Assembly (NCBI RefSeq): GCF_036365525.1
Contig: NC_090387.1
Coordinates: 88,453,691 to 88,517,690 of the forward strand
Origin: Heterodontus francisci
Lineage: Eukaryota
Reading direction: 5' to 3'
DNA: 64,000 nucleotides
The position numbers and the translations under genes are program-made. Of this stretch, positions 24,958-38,779 are shown in pieces. Numbering within the stretch: the stretch's first letter is position 1; the number at the start of each line of letters is the position of its first letter. The notes below the pieces were generated by a model, which saw only the letters and a program-made list of their open reading frames with translations, had not been told where the DNA came from and searched no databases.

Positions 24958-26371
24958 AAGGATAGCAAGGATAATCCAGGAAATTATCGGCTGGTGAGCC
25001 TTACATCAGTGGTAGGGAAATTATTAGAGAGGGTTCTTCGGGACAGGATTTACTCCCATTTGGAAACAAATGAACTTATTCGCGATAGGCAGCATGGTTT
25101 TGTGAAGGGGATGTAGTGTCTCATTAATTTGATTGAGTTTTTTGAGGAAGTGACGAAGATGATTGATGAAGGAAGGGCAGTGGATGTTATCTATATGAAC
25201 TTCAGTAAAGCCTTTGACAAGGTCCCTCATGGCAGACTGGTACAAAAGGTGAAGTCACACGGGATCAGAGGTGAGCTGGCAAAATGGATACAGAACTGGC
25301 TCTGTCATAGAAGACAGAGGGTAGCAGTGGAAGGGTGCTTTTCTGAATGGAGGGTTGTGACTAATGATGTTCTGCAGGGATCAGTGCTGGGGTGTTCGCT
25401 GTTTGTAGTATATATAAATGATTTGGAGGAAAATGCAGCTGGTCTGATGAGTAAATTTGTGGACGACACAAAGGTTGCAGGAGTTGTGGATAGTGATGAG
25501 GATTGTCAGAGGGTAGCGCAGGATATAGATCGGTTGGAGACTTGGGCAGAGAAGTGGAAGAAGGAGTTTAATCCGGACAAATGTGAGGTAATGCATTTTG
25601 GAAGGTCTAATGCAGGTGGGAAGTATACAGTAAATGGCAGGTCCCTTAGGAATATTGACAAGCAGAGAGATCTGGGCGTACAGGTCCACAGGTCACTGAA
25701 AGGGGCAACGCAGGTGGATAAGGTAGTCAAGAAGGCATATGGCATGCTTGCCTTCATCGTTCGGGGCATAGAGTATAAAAATTGGCAAGTCATGCTGCAG
25801 CTGTGCAGAGCCTTAGTTAGGCCACACTTAGAATATTGCGTGCAGTTCTGGTCCCCACACTACCAGAAGGATGTGGAGGCTTAGGAAAGGGTACAGAAGT
25901 GGTTTACCAGGATGTTGCCTGGTCTGGAGGGCATTAGCTATGAGGAGAGCTTGGATAAACTCAGATTGTTTTCACTGGAACGCTTGAGGTGGAGGGGCGA
26001 CATGATAGAGGTTTACAAAGTTATAAGTGGCATGGACAGAGTGGATAGTCAGAAGCTTTTTCCAGGGTGGAAGAGTCAGTTACTAGGTTTAAGGTGCGAG
26101 GGGCAATGTTTAGATGGGATGTGCGAGACAAGTTCTTTATACAGAGGGTTGTGAGTGCCTGGAACGTGCTGCCGGGGGAGGTGGTGGAAGCAGGTATGAT
26201 AGCAACGTTTAAGACACATCTTGACAAATACATGAATAGGCTGGGAATAGAGGGATACAGTCACCAGAAGTGCAGAAGGTTTTAATTTAGACAGGCATCA
26301 CGATTGGCGCCGGCTTGGAGGGCCGAATTGCCTGTTCCTGCGCTGTACTGTTTTTTGTTCTTTTGTTCTTT

Positions 26372-27570
26372 GATTACTTTGTGTCTGTCTTCACTGAGAA
26401 AGATACAAGAAATCTCCCAGAATTACAGTTCCAAGAGATTAGGGGGAATGAGGAACTGAAGGAAATTAGTATCAGTAAGAAGGTTTTATTGGATAAATTA
26501 ATGGGGCTGTAGGTTCATAAGTCCACAGAACCTTATATGCTTAGATGCCAGAGTGTTGAAAGAGGTAGCTACGGAGATAATGGATGCATTGGTGATCATC
26601 TTCCAAAATTCTATATATTCTGCAGCGGTTCCTGCTGATTTGAAGGTCACAATTGTCACCCCACGATTTACGAAGTGAGGGAGAGAGAAAACAAGGCATT
26701 ACAGACCTGTTTGCCTTTCATCTGTCGTTGGAAAAATGCTAGAATCTATTCTAAAGTTCTAAATGGATGTTGCATAATAATGATGCAATTGGGCATAGTC
26801 AACATGGATTTATAAATGGGTAATCATGTTTGACGAACCTGTTGGAGCTTTTTGAGGATGTTATTAACAGAATTGATAAAGGCGAGTCAGTGGACGTGGT
26901 ATACTTGGATTTCCTGATGGCTTTTGGTAAAGTCCCCCGCAGGAGCTTCGTTAACAAAATTAAAGCATATGGGATATGAGGTAATATACGGGCATGGATT
27001 AAGGATTGGTTAACAGGCAGAAAGCAGAGAGTAGGAATAAAGGGGTCATTCTCGCATTGGCAGGCTGTGACTAGTGGGGTGCATTTTTCTTGGCAGTTTT
27101 GCATTCAATTTTACCTATTCGCATTTCTCAACGAAATTGCTTCCACTGCAGGATCATAGGCTCATAGAAAATAGGATTATAGGAAATTGGAGCAGGGGTA
27201 GGCCATTTGGACTGTCGAGCCTGCTACGCCATTCAAACGGATCGTGGTTGATCATCTACCTCTGCGCCACCCCTCCACCTGCGCCCCACTATCCGCATAT
27301 CCTTTGCTGCCATTAGTATCCAGAAATCTATCGATTTCTGTCTTGAACATGCTCAATGATCGAGCTTCCACGGCCCACTGCGGGAGAGAATTCTACATAT
27401 TTCTCACCCTAGGAGTAAAGAAATTCCACCTCATATCAGTTTTAAATGGCCTGCCCCTTGTTTTGAGACTGCGTCCCTGGATCTAGACTTATCAACCAGA
27501 GGAAGCACCGTATCCACATCTACCCTGTCATGCCCTGTAAGAAGTTAGCAAGTTTCAATGACATCACCTC
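26372..27570. mobile_element. CR1 fragments (plus RT piece ~26372-27080; minus 3' tail ~27150-27570)
   Basis: QHGFING*SCLTNLLELFED on plus; reverse-complement CR1 tail after it. Confidence 0.75.
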
Positions 27571-27824
27571 TCTGAATCCCTCACAAATTTGGAACAGTGT
27601 AATAAGTGCTTCATCAACTGCAGTATTGCCACATGCTCACAGAGAGGCGATAAGCATTCTATAAGTGGATCACGTGTAAATAGTCGCTTCGTAACATATC
27701 CATCAATAAATGGAAGGCAAAAATAAATTAATAGTTCATCAGATAAGTCAAAAATCACTGCGCTTGTCGTCTAATCTTTCTTTGAGATTTATAGTTTTCC
27801 TTTCTGCAATTAACTATGCAATTT

Positions 27825-28159
27825 GGGCGGCACAGTGGCTCAGTGGTTAACACTGCAGCATCACAGCTCCAGCGATCCAGGTTTGGTTCTGGGTACTGCC
27901 TGTGCTGAGTTTGCAAGTTCTCCCTCTGACCACGTGGGTTTCCGTCGGGTGCTCCGGTTTCCTCCCACAGCCAAAGACTTGCAGTTTGATAGGTAACTTG
28001 GCCATTGTAAATTGCCCCTAGTGTAAGTAGGTGGTAGGAGAATGGTGAAGATGTGGTAGGGAATATGGGATTAATGTCGGATTAGTATAAATGGGTGGTT
28101 GTTAGTCGGCACAGACTCGGTGGGCCGAAGGGCCGGTTTCAGTGCTGTATCTCTAAAAA
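27825..28159 (+). mobile_element. tRNA-derived SINE (HE1-like)
   Basis: gggcggcacagtggctcagtggtt head; CR1-like tail. Confidence 0.88.
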
Positions 28160-28796
28160 TGATTAGTGCGTGGTGGCACAAATATGTTTGCTACCAAGAG
28201 AATCTGCCAATCCCCGGTAATGTGTCTCTCTTGAATCCTAATACCACTTGAAACTCATTCTGTTTTCGATCGCTTTTGTCTCCTGCATTGTTTTTATTTC
28301 TCTACATCTCCGTGGGACATGACAAGGTTCGGAATCAAATACCAAGTTGCTTTCAAGGAATTCCGGAAGCAGGAAACATCGCATAGCATTAGCGATGTAT
28401 AAACACTGACGTAAAATTGCAGCCCCTTTTAAAGGCACTCCGATTTTGCCAGTTGTGAATGTTTGCATTCTTTTTACAATAGTCTATAACCGGCCCCAAC
28501 ACTCACTTTCAGTTCATTTCGCCAAGACTATTTTAGTCCCAGCATCTTTGTGATTGGATGGTTCTCTCACTAAACTCTGCACTTTGATGCATTAATAATG
28601 TTCACTTCAGCTTTGAAAGTCATGTAAAACGTTGCAGAATCAGTTTGAGGAAATAAATGTATCTACGTTGTCACCTCCGATCACTTCCTTTTCTTCCACA
28701 TATTCCTAATCCACAATTCTGTTCAGACCTAAGGTGCCCACAGTGATGCATCATTGCTCCTGATTTTCTGTATCGACAAGATGGTTCCTGGCTACA

Positions 28797-28915
28797 ACAA
28801 AACTAAAGCAAAATGCCGCGGATTCTGCACATCTGAAATAAACAGAGAAAATGATGGAAATACTCAGCAAATCAGACAGAATCTGTGCAGAGAGAAACAG
28901 AGTTAACGTTTCATC
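28797..28915. repeat. Fragment of a common shark repeat, probably the Penelope-associated terminal segment
   Basis: Recalled similarity of gaaatactcagc..atctgtgcagagagaaacagagttaacgtttca; not verified. Confidence 0.4.
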
Positions 28916-29549
28916 TGAACTTAGTAGAGCGTAACCGCAAGCTTCATCTCAGCTGCTCACAATGCCACTTTGCTAATTATTTAATTGCAGAGGGTGTGCG
29001 CAATTCAATCACTTTTGCCAAAAAGTACCAATGTCTGGGCGAAACGTGATCAGCTTTCTTCCCAAATTGAAAACATCATTCGCTTTGTTAAATAATTTGA
29101 ACTTCATGAATTTAATTGAAACAATGTAGATGTAAGACGTAGAAGAATACTTTACAAGTAGCTGTGGCAAGGGCAATGGCAAGTCTAAAGATTGTCAACT
29201 TACCAAAATGTTTAACATGTATTTTAACTTTGTTCCATAAATTATAATGTGAATCAAAGTATAAGGTTTGGTACATTTTCTAGATGGACATTGAGAATGT
29301 TTGTATGCCTCTTCTCATCCAGTATTCACAGCAGAGGAGCTGATAATGATCCGTGACTTTATCAGCATACTTGCATATATGGAACATTCAAGTGAGCTCT
29401 GCTTCATCCCCATGACCTGTTCTTGTTCTTAACAAAATATTTCGATCTTGAATCTACGATCACGACAGCATTGTTTATCATTGTGCAAGAGGCTGTGAGT
29501 TTATGGTTGAAATATGCACATAAGAGAGATGGCTTGACAAAAACAGCAA

Positions 29550-30000
29550 CAACAACTTTAACTTAGTAAAATATCCCAGACACTTCACAGGGGCGTTGCG
29601 AAACAAAATTGACAAGGACCCACATAAGGAGTTATGAGGGTAGATGAATAAAGTTCTCCAACAAAGTACGTATTACTGAGCTGCTTAGAGGGAAAAAAAG
29701 TTAGAGAGGTAGGAAGTATACAGAGCGAATTCCAGAGATTACCTTCTGGGATGGTTGAGTAAGGAAAATCAGGATGCATGGGAGCCGTGAAATGAAAAAT
29801 ATATATACATATATCTTAGTGTGTTCTGGGCTCCAGAGGATTATAGAGATAGGCAAGGGCGAGGCCATGAAGGGATTGGAAAACAAGGATGAGAATTTTG
29901 AAATCAAGATATTACCCAACTAGGAGTTACTGTCCATCAACGAGCATAGGGTTGATGGATGAACAGAATTTGGTATGAGTTAGGAAAGGAGCAGCAGTGT
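29550..30000 (-). mobile_element. Highly decayed L2-like 3' fragments
   Basis: ILISKFSSLFSNPFMASPLPISIIL-type off-frame read of the L2 3' region. Confidence 0.5.
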
Positions 30001-30019
30001 TGCCCCTTCAGAAAAAATC

Positions 30020-31470
30020 TGAACATAAGAAACAAGAGGACGAGTAGTCCATCCGACCTCTTGTGCCTGCTATGGCATTCAATATGACCATGGCTGGCCA
30101 TCTGCCTCAGGTCCAGTCTTCCCCATTGTTCCCCTGATCTGTTGATGCCTTGAGAGGCCAAAAATCGGTCTATCTCAGCCTTAAATATACTCAACGCTGG
30201 AGTGTGCAAATCCTTCTGTAGTATACATTTCCACGGATACCAATTTTCTGGGTAAAGACATTTCTCCTCATCTCAGTCCTAAATAATCGACACATTGTCC
30301 TGAGAATGTCAGGCTAATTGGCTTATAGTTTCCAGTTTCCTCTCTCCCTCAATTCATTAACAGCGTTGCTCCATTATCTAACTTCCAATATACTGGGAAT
30401 AGAGGGAATTTTGGAAGATCTTAACCAGTGCATCCAATATCCCTGCAGTTACGGCTTTTAGGCCATAAAGTCGGAAAGTGGTGCAGCCAATACTAAGAAT
30501 ACACAGAAGAAGGCCACATGGCTCATCGAGTCCATGCTCGGCCCTGGGGATTTGTCGGTTTTATTCCCTTAAGTTTCTCCAATAGAGTTTCTCTTCTGAT
30601 ACTAATTACTTTAAGATCCTTACGCTTATTAGCTCCTTGATTACTGTCTATTTTTGGTTCATAATTTGTGTATTCTATGATAAGCATTTATTCAATAGCT
30701 CTGCCCTTACCTTATTCACCTTGATAATTTCTGCTGTCTCTGCCTCAATGGGACCAGCGTTTACTTCAGATCCGCTGTTCCTTAGAGTCATAGAAAGATA
30801 CAGCACTGAAACTGGCCCTTCGGCCCACCGAGTCTATGCCGGCCAATAACCATCCATCTATACTAATCCTGCATTAATCCCATATTCCTTACCACATCTC
30901 CACCATTCTCCTCCCACCTACCTACTCTAGGAGCAATTTACAATGGCCAATTTACTTACCAACCTGCAAGGCTTTGGCTGTGGGAGGAAACCAGAGCACC
31001 CAGCAGAAACCCACACAGTCACAGGGAGAACTTACAAACTCCACACAGGCAGTACCCAGAACTGAACCTGGGTTGCTGGAGCTGCGAGACTGCAGCGCTA
31101 AACACTGCACCATTGCGTCACGCCTTCAAGTGCGCTTGCAAAATATCTTACAATCCATTATTATATTGCTGGCTACTTTACTGTCATTTTTTAAAACGTT
31201 TTTGTCATTTTTTTCCGTTTTTGGTTTTCAAAACTCCCCCAATCCTCAAGCTTATGACTATTATTCGCAACATTCTAAGCTTCTACTTTTAACCTAATAC
31301 CATCCTTAACTCCTTAGTCAGTAATGGATGCATCTTTCTCACTGACATTTTGTTTTTATTTTCATGGAACTTGTTTTTTGTTGAACATTTTGAATTGTTT
31401 CTCGAAATGTATATCACTGGTTATTTAATGCCATACCTATTTATCCATTCAACATAAGCTAGTTGTCTCT
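30020..31470 (-). mobile_element. Old CR1 fragments interrupted by a SINE
   Basis: IFKAEIDRFL tail at 30020-30300, followed by degenerate ORF2 pieces. Confidence 0.65.
30784..31121 (-). mobile_element. tRNA-derived SINE (HE1-like)
   Basis: Reverse complement of the 27825 family. Confidence 0.88.
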
Positions 31471-31474
31471 TCAT

Positions 31475-34400
31475 ACATAGAAACATAGAAAACTAAGAGC
31501 AAATGTAGGCCATTTGGCCCTTCGAGGCTGCTCCACCATTCAATACGATCATGGTTGATCATCCAAACTCAGTACCATGTTCCCACCTTCTCCACAATGC
31601 CTTGATCTCTTTAGCCCCAAGAATTATATCTAACTTGTTTTTAAAATATATTTAATGATTTGGCCTCAACTGCTTTCCGTGGCAGAAAATTCCACAGGTT
31701 CACCACTTTCTGGGTGAAGAAATCTCTCCTCATCTCAGTCCTAAATCGCTTACCCCTTATCGTTAGACTGTTACCCCTGGTCCTGGCCTCCCCTGCCATC
31801 AGGAACATCCTTCCTGCATCTAGTCTGTGCAGTCCTGTTAGAATTATGTAGGTTTCTATGAGATCCCCTCTCATTCTTCTAAACTCCAGTGAATACAGGC
31901 CGAATCGACTCAATCTCTCTTCATACATCAGTCCTGCCCTTCCCAGGAATCAGTCTGGTGAACTTGTGCTGCACTCTCTCCTTAACAAGAACATCCTTCC
32001 TCAGATAAGGAGACAAAAACTGCACACAATACTCAAGGTGTGGTCTCACCAAGGCCTTGTATAATTGCAGTAAGACATCCCTGCTCCTATTCTCTAATCC
32101 ACTCGCTATGAAGGCCAACATACCATTTGCCTTCTTAACTGCCTACTGCACCTGCATGCTTACTTTCAGCGACTGGTGCACAAGGTCACCCAGGTCTCAC
32201 TGTGCCTCTCTCTTTCCCAATCTATCGCCGTTCAGATAATAATCTGCCTCCTTGTTTTTGCCTCCAAAGTGGATGACTTCATATTTATCCACATTAAAGT
32301 GCATCTGCCATGTATTTTCCCAATAAATCAAACTGTCCAAATTACACTGGAGCTTCTCTGCATCCTCGTCACAGCTCACAGTCCCCACCCCCCCCCCCCC
32401 CAGCTTTGTATTGTCTGCAAACTTGGATATATTACATTTAGTTCCATCATCTATATCATTAATATATGTTACAAATAGCTGGGGATCTCGTACTGAACGA
32501 CCAAATACAGCACATCCACTAGTTCCCCCTTATCTATTCTACTAGTTACATCTTCAACAAGCTCCATTAGATTTGTCAAGCATGATTCCCCTTTCATAAA
32601 TCCATGTTGACTTTGTCCGCTTCTGTCACTGTCTTCCAACTCCTCTACTATTACATCTTTTATAATGGACTCTAGCATTTTCTGCACTGCTGATGTCAGG
32701 CTAACCAATCTATAATTCCCTCTTTTCTCTCTACCTCATTTTTTAAATAGTGGGGTTACATTATCTACCCTCCAATACGTTGGAACTGTTCAGAGTCTAT
32801 AATACTCTGGGATGTAGATTATCAGGCCCTGGGGATTTATGGGCCTTCAATCCCATCAATTTCCCTCACACGATTTCCCTACTAATGCTGATGTCATACA
32901 GTTCCTCCTTCTCACTAGACTCTATGCTCCCCAATATTTCTGGGAGGTAATTTGTGTCCTCCTTTGTGAAAACAGAACCAAAGTATGTATTTAACTGGAC
33001 TGCCATCTATTATAATTCCCCATTATAAATCCCCCCATTTCTGACTGAAAGGGACCCGAATTTGTCTTCACTAATCTTTTTCTCTTCACCTATCTGTAGA
33101 GGTTTTTACAGTCAGTTTTATGTTCTCTGCAACATTACTCTCAAACTCTATTCTCGCCTTCTTAATCAATCCCTTTGTCCTCCTTTGCTGAATTCTAAAC
33201 TGCTCCCAATCCTCAGGTTTGCTGCTTGTTCTGCCCATTTTATATTTCTCCTCCTTGGATCTAATACTATTCCTAATTTCTTTTGTAATCCACGGTTGAG
33301 CCACCCTTCCTGTTTTATTTTTGCACTGGAATGAACAATTGTTGTAATTCATCCATGCGATCTTTAAATGTTAGCCAGTGCCTCTCCACTGTCAACCCTT
33401 TAAATAACGTTCCCCAATCTATCATAGTGAAATCACACCTCATACCTTCATAGTTTCCTCTATTTAGATTCAGGACCCTAGTCTTAGAATCAACTCTCTC
33501 ATTCTCCATCTTAATGGCAATCTCTACATGTTATGGTCACTCTTCCCTAATGGCCTCCATGCAACAAGATTGCTAACTAATCTTTTCTCATTACACAATA
33601 CCTAGTCTAGGATAACCTGTTCTCTTGTTGGTTCCTCAACGTATTGGTCCAAAGAACCATCACGTATGCACTCCAGGAATTCCTCCTCTACAGTATTATT
33701 GCTAATTTGGTTTGCCCAAATCATACATAAATTGAAATTACCCATAATTACAGTTGTTCATTTATTGCATGCATCTCGAATTTCTTGTTTAATGCCAACC
33801 TCTGCATCACCACTGCTGTTTGGGGGGTCCTATATACAACCCTCACCAATTTTTTTTCTTCCCCTTGATGTTTATTAGCTCCACCCATACAGATTCCTCA
33901 TCAGGATTCTCTGAGCTAATATCCTTCCTCACTGTTGCATTGATTTCCTCTTTTACTAACAACGCTGCTCCACCTCCTTTCCCCTTTTGCCTGGCCTTCC
34001 TAAATATTGAATACCCTTGGATGCTCAGTTCCCATCCCTGCAGCCCTATCTCCATAATCGCAACTATATTTTATCAATTTACATCTATTTGTGCAGTTAA
34101 TTCACCTACCTCATTGTGAATACTTCATGCTTTGAGACATAATGCCGTTAGGCTTGTCTTTTTAACATTCTTAGTCATCTTAGCATTATTTTGCAATATG
34201 ACCCTATTTGTTTCTTGCCCTTGATTTCTGTGCCTTCCACTTTTGCCTTTTTGTTTCCTGCCTTTCGTTTCTATTCTTGTTTCCTCCTCCTCAGTCTCCC
34301 TGCTTGCATTCCCATCCCCCTGCCATTTTAATTTAAATCCTCCAAACAGCACTAGGGGATGGCCACAGGAGACTCCTAAACTACACACCTGCACCTATTA

Positions 34401-35100
34401 CTCTGCATGGTGGTCACCCATCCTTTTTCTGCCTGTGCAGCAATTACGTGCGGTGTGACCACCTCGCTAAACATGCTGTTATAACATTCTCAGCATCGTG
34501 GATGCTCCACAGTGAATATATCCGCAGTTCCAGCTGTGCAATGCAGTCAGTCAGTAGCTGCAGCTGGACACACTTCCTGTACACATGGTTTCCCACATAG
34601 CACAGGGGGAGCATGCCACGGGGATGCGCTTTCCTACCATGACTTACCTTTAGATCAAGCTCCTTGGTTACTCTCTTTAATGTACAGTACTAATTACTCT
34701 AGGGAACTTATTCCACTCCAAACACGACCTGCTACAATCTAAAGTCCATACCTTTGCTTTTACTTCAGCGACTGAAAGTAGTAAAAACGGTAGACATACC
34801 CATCTGTTCCTACTTACCAATCCGCTACCTCGCCTTGGAATGCATCGCTTTCTGAACTGTGACGTCAGTCGTGGAACTCTCTCGCTGTCCCTGTGAGAGT
34901 GTGTGAGAGTATGCCTCTTTTAAGCCGCTGGAACTCCTGATCGCCGTTCCTTGGCCCCTCACAGGTCCGTCTGGGTCTCACACTTTCCAAGGCCTCTCGT
35001 AGCCTCTTTTAAGTCGCTGGAATCCCCGTTCACAGGTGCTTGTCCCCTCGCAGGTCCGCCTCGGTCTCGGTCCTTCCCACTGCGGCTGCTCTTTTAAATT
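31475..35100 (-). mobile_element. Near full-length decayed CR1 with internal deletions (5' UTR, partial ORF1, EN, RT, tail)
   Basis: QGYSIFRKARQKGKGGGAALL, QHGFMKGESCLTNL, RPHLEYCVQF, YEERLSRFG; (CATAGAAA) tail repeats at 31475; short 5' repeats near 34915-35090. Confidence 0.88.
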
Positions 35101-35129
35101 GTGCCAGTCTCGCTCCATAACAGAGTATG

Positions 35130-35740
35130 TCGTTCTCAAAATTAATATGGAATTAGATTGTATTATGATCACTCTTCCCCAGAGGATCTTTGACTATGAG
35201 GTTATTAATTAAACCTGTCTCATTAAACGATGCTAAAGCTAAAGTATTTTTTTTTCCAGGAAACTACTGTGATATCATGGGAAAAACTCATCTTCCAGAA
35301 TACCTTTGCCAATTTGATCTGTCCAGTCTATATGAAGATTAAAATCCACCACGACATTACGTTGCTTTGATTAAAGTTTCCGAGATATCTTGCTTAATAC
35401 TCTATCCAACGGCATTGTTGCTGTTACAGGGCACTGAAATACTCCCACCTGAGTTTCTGACCATTGTTCTTCTTAATTTTCACCCATTCTGATTCCACTT
35501 CCTGATCTCCTGAGCCAAGATGCTTTCTTACACTGTTCTTATGCCATCCTTTACTGGCAGGTCTATGCCTCCTCCAAACTTTCTTTTCAAAATGTTATAT
35601 ACTGTGGAATATTTCCGAACCATGCTCACCTTGCAACCATGTCTCTGTATTGGTGATTCAATTGAAACCATTTATCTCTACTTGTGCTGCGAGTTCATCT
35701 ATTTTTTACAAATACTTTGTGCATGACGGTTCAGAGCTTT
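35130..35740 (-). mobile_element. Old CR1 endonuclease fragment
   Basis: Degenerate similarity to 33500-34150. Confidence 0.55.
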
Positions 35741-35799
35741 AGAAAGAGTTTTGTGATTTCAAGTTTAAGTGGAATAGAAGCTGGTTGGCTGGTTTTGAA

Positions 35800-37450
35800 A
35801 TAGTGGAATACTCGAGTCTTGAGGTAACCAAAGCATGATTTCAGCAGCAGATGGGCTGAAAAAAGCGTGGAGTCGGGCGATTATATGGTGGTGAAAATAG
35901 GCAGTATTAGAGATGGAATGGATATGTGGTCAGAAGCTCACCTTGGGATGAAACATAACACCAATGTTGTGAACTGTCTGGTTCTATCTCAGATATTTGC
36001 AAGTAAATGACCAGCATTGATAGCTTAGGAAATGGATTTCTTGTTGCTACTGAAGACAATTGTTTTTTCCCCATTATTTAGGTGGAGAAAATTTCTGCTT
36101 ATCCAGGACTAGATGTCAGGCAAGCATAATTGCACATTAAAGACAATGAAGTGGTCAGGAGGTATAGTATTTAAGTACAGCTGGGTGTTAGCAGCATAGA
36201 TATGGAAATAGAAACTGTGTTTTCCGATTATGTGACAGATACAGGATGCAGAAGGCAAATAGGGCAGAATGAGTATAGATTTTTAGGGGCAGTAGAAATA
36301 ATGATGCAGGAGCAGGAATAGAAGCCATTACAGGCAATACTCTGGCTGTGGGTCGATAGATAAGAATGCAACCAGGCAAATACAACCAGACACAGCAGCA
36401 TGACTGTGGTGAGATGTTGGAGGAAGATGGTGGATTGTGGAAGTATCGAGAGCCAAGAAGGAAGATCCTTTAACTTTCTTACAGTCACATAGGATGTCAT
36501 TTGTAATTTTGATAAAACCTGTTTCGGTACAATGGGAACCAAATTGGAATTGCAGGGAAGAAAGACATGGATTTGTGAGGTGACAGCAAACGCAAGGACT
36601 TGGGAGAGGACAGTGATGCTGGCGATGGGGCTGAATTTGCACGGTGTAGGGCTGTGGGCTTATTTGTTCTGAAGGGGTTGATAAAGGCAGATTTGAAGGA
36701 GTGGGGCTAAGTACCCTAGGAGATAGTATTATTTAAAATATCAGTTAACATGGAACCAGGAAGCAAAGTTTAGTTTTCACCTGGAATAGCTTTGACGAAG
36801 CAAGGGGTGACTCTCATGGACAAGATTAGCCCAGAGAGGTCATGAGAGGAGATAAGTGAGAAACTAGAGAAAGATGTAAATTCAGGGCTAGGGTGCCAGC
36901 AATCTTATAAGAAGTTTATTCTGGTCGACCGGGGAAAGAGGCAGCTGATCAGATGGTCGCAATCTTACTGACAATGCAATCCATGAGTTCCTTGCACTTG
37001 TTCTTGCAAGTGAGGGTGGACGATGCAAGGTTGAATCATTTAGGAAAGCAGTTTGCTGTAGAGAAGTAAGGATTGTCTTTGCAGCTCAGAATGATTTTGG
37101 AATTGTGACCAATTTGGTCACATGATAGCTGGACCCAATCGTGCTTTATTTGATCCAGCCAGATTTGACAGAGAATGGCTGAACTAGGTGTTCACCATAT
37201 ACATTTATGTCTGCGGCTCAATGACTTAAGGGAGGGGTAATCAGGGCCTCACTAGGGGAAATGGCCAGTGTGTGAAAGGCTTTACTAGAATTTGGGGCAT
37301 CAATTGTCGAGGTGAGTGTGTGGTTGAGCGGATCAAAAGCTGCATAAATGTCCTGGCGAACGGAGGACCAAAGGCTTAACAGTTGGAACGTAGAAAGTGC
37401 AATTGAAAGTGAATTGGGAGAAAGTTTTTATTCCGGAGCAGACACAGAAT
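35800..37450 (-). mobile_element. Decayed L2 LINE
   Basis: QFGSHCTETGFIKITNDILCDCKK matches the L2 motif HSTETALIKVTNDIL; AWLHSYLSTHSQSI. Confidence 0.75.
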
Positions 37451-38779
37451 AAGTCGGATTTGGGAGGGCCATTGGATTAGGATTCAAGCTTAATATATCA
37501 CAGTAGACAATGCATCCTTATAGAAATTATTTCACGGATCATATTTTCTCGACTGGTTTTCTGCATTAAAATGAAATAAGAATGATACTTCTCGAGAGCT
37601 GCAAGAGTTGCCCTTCAGGAATGTAATGCAATGTATAGACAACCTTTAAACGCTACAGCCAGTAAAAGCACATTGGTCTTGTTGGAGGCATCTGTTCTCA
37701 GCTGTTATGCTGTTGGAACTATTCCCAGAGCCCCATCCCATAGCAGATATAACATCCAGGTTTCATGCTCTTGGTCGGGATTAATGTATTTCTAATGGGA
37801 AATGCATAGGTTTGACTGTCCATTGTACACAGATAAATGTTCTATTGTGATGCTTTCTCACCGTTAAATCCCCCGTCACACTCAATGGCTGGGTCATAGA
37901 GGAAGCTTGGCTACGTGACTAAGATATCGGAAGGTTGCTTCAATCCCCAGGATGAAGGCAGGTTTAATGCCAGAGAAGCAAAAAATAACAACAGGAAGAG
38001 ATTTGGATTAAATATTGTATAAATAGATGAACAAATAAAAAGGAAAATACAGCCAGGGTCTAGAAGACCGAGGCCTGGAATCCCCACTAGCAGCCTGGAT
38101 ACGATATTATTATACTCCTGAGACTCTTAAGTTTCAATATTGTTATAGAATTGCCCTTGGGTTAATTTCCAGTTACTTTATATTTTTGCATAAAGAATAA
38201 CGATGTGGTCAACAGAACTCACCGTTATTAGGGAATGAATTAGACAGCAATTTCTGGCGTACTGTGCAGTCAGAACGTTGCTTCCGGAGTTTCTGTAGTC
38301 CTCCACAAGTTTCTTGCTGAGAGATATGTTCAAATACATGCAACAACATCAAATTGTAGTGCCTACCTACTACGTACCGATTAAAAATGGTAGAGAAATT
38401 TGGCGCTTGTCCCTTCCAGTGTAAGTGAATTTTTCATGGTGCAATCAGCCTTAATTACAGCAAATTAATCCCCCTGGTACTGGAAATTTATTTTTAAAAT
38501 GGTATATCTCAGTCTTTCAAATTTTACTTATTTTTTGGAAATTTAAAATAAGTATCTATTGTATCGTATTGCTTTGTCTTTCTCCTACTTTTATTGCTCT
38601 CTCACAATTCCAGCTTTCTTTATTTTTCTTTATTTCGTTTTCTGTACATGGGTTCGTATTCAATTAGTTATTTTAGCTGATACTTTTCTGTTCAGATTCT
38701 GCAAACACGAATGAGGATTGTTCAATGTTATTGATTAAGGCAGCACACAATAGCTTTTCCTGTTCACAACACATATCGA

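Larger units (their letters stand above)
18131..26370 (+). mobile_element. CR1 LINE ORF2 (18131-19096 plus 24958-26370) split by the ERV
   Basis: ANAVPLFKK|(D)SKDNPGNYRLVSL rejoins across the ERV; RT ORF 25129-25884 (FSKAFDKV, KFVDDT); 3' tail near 26350. Confidence 0.92.

Noticed and set aside
38223-38316. 94-nt exon-like segment on minus (ctctcAG..CG|GTgagt)
   Set aside because: No recognisable peptide or partner exons; it could be a non-coding exon but is unsupported without RNA data.
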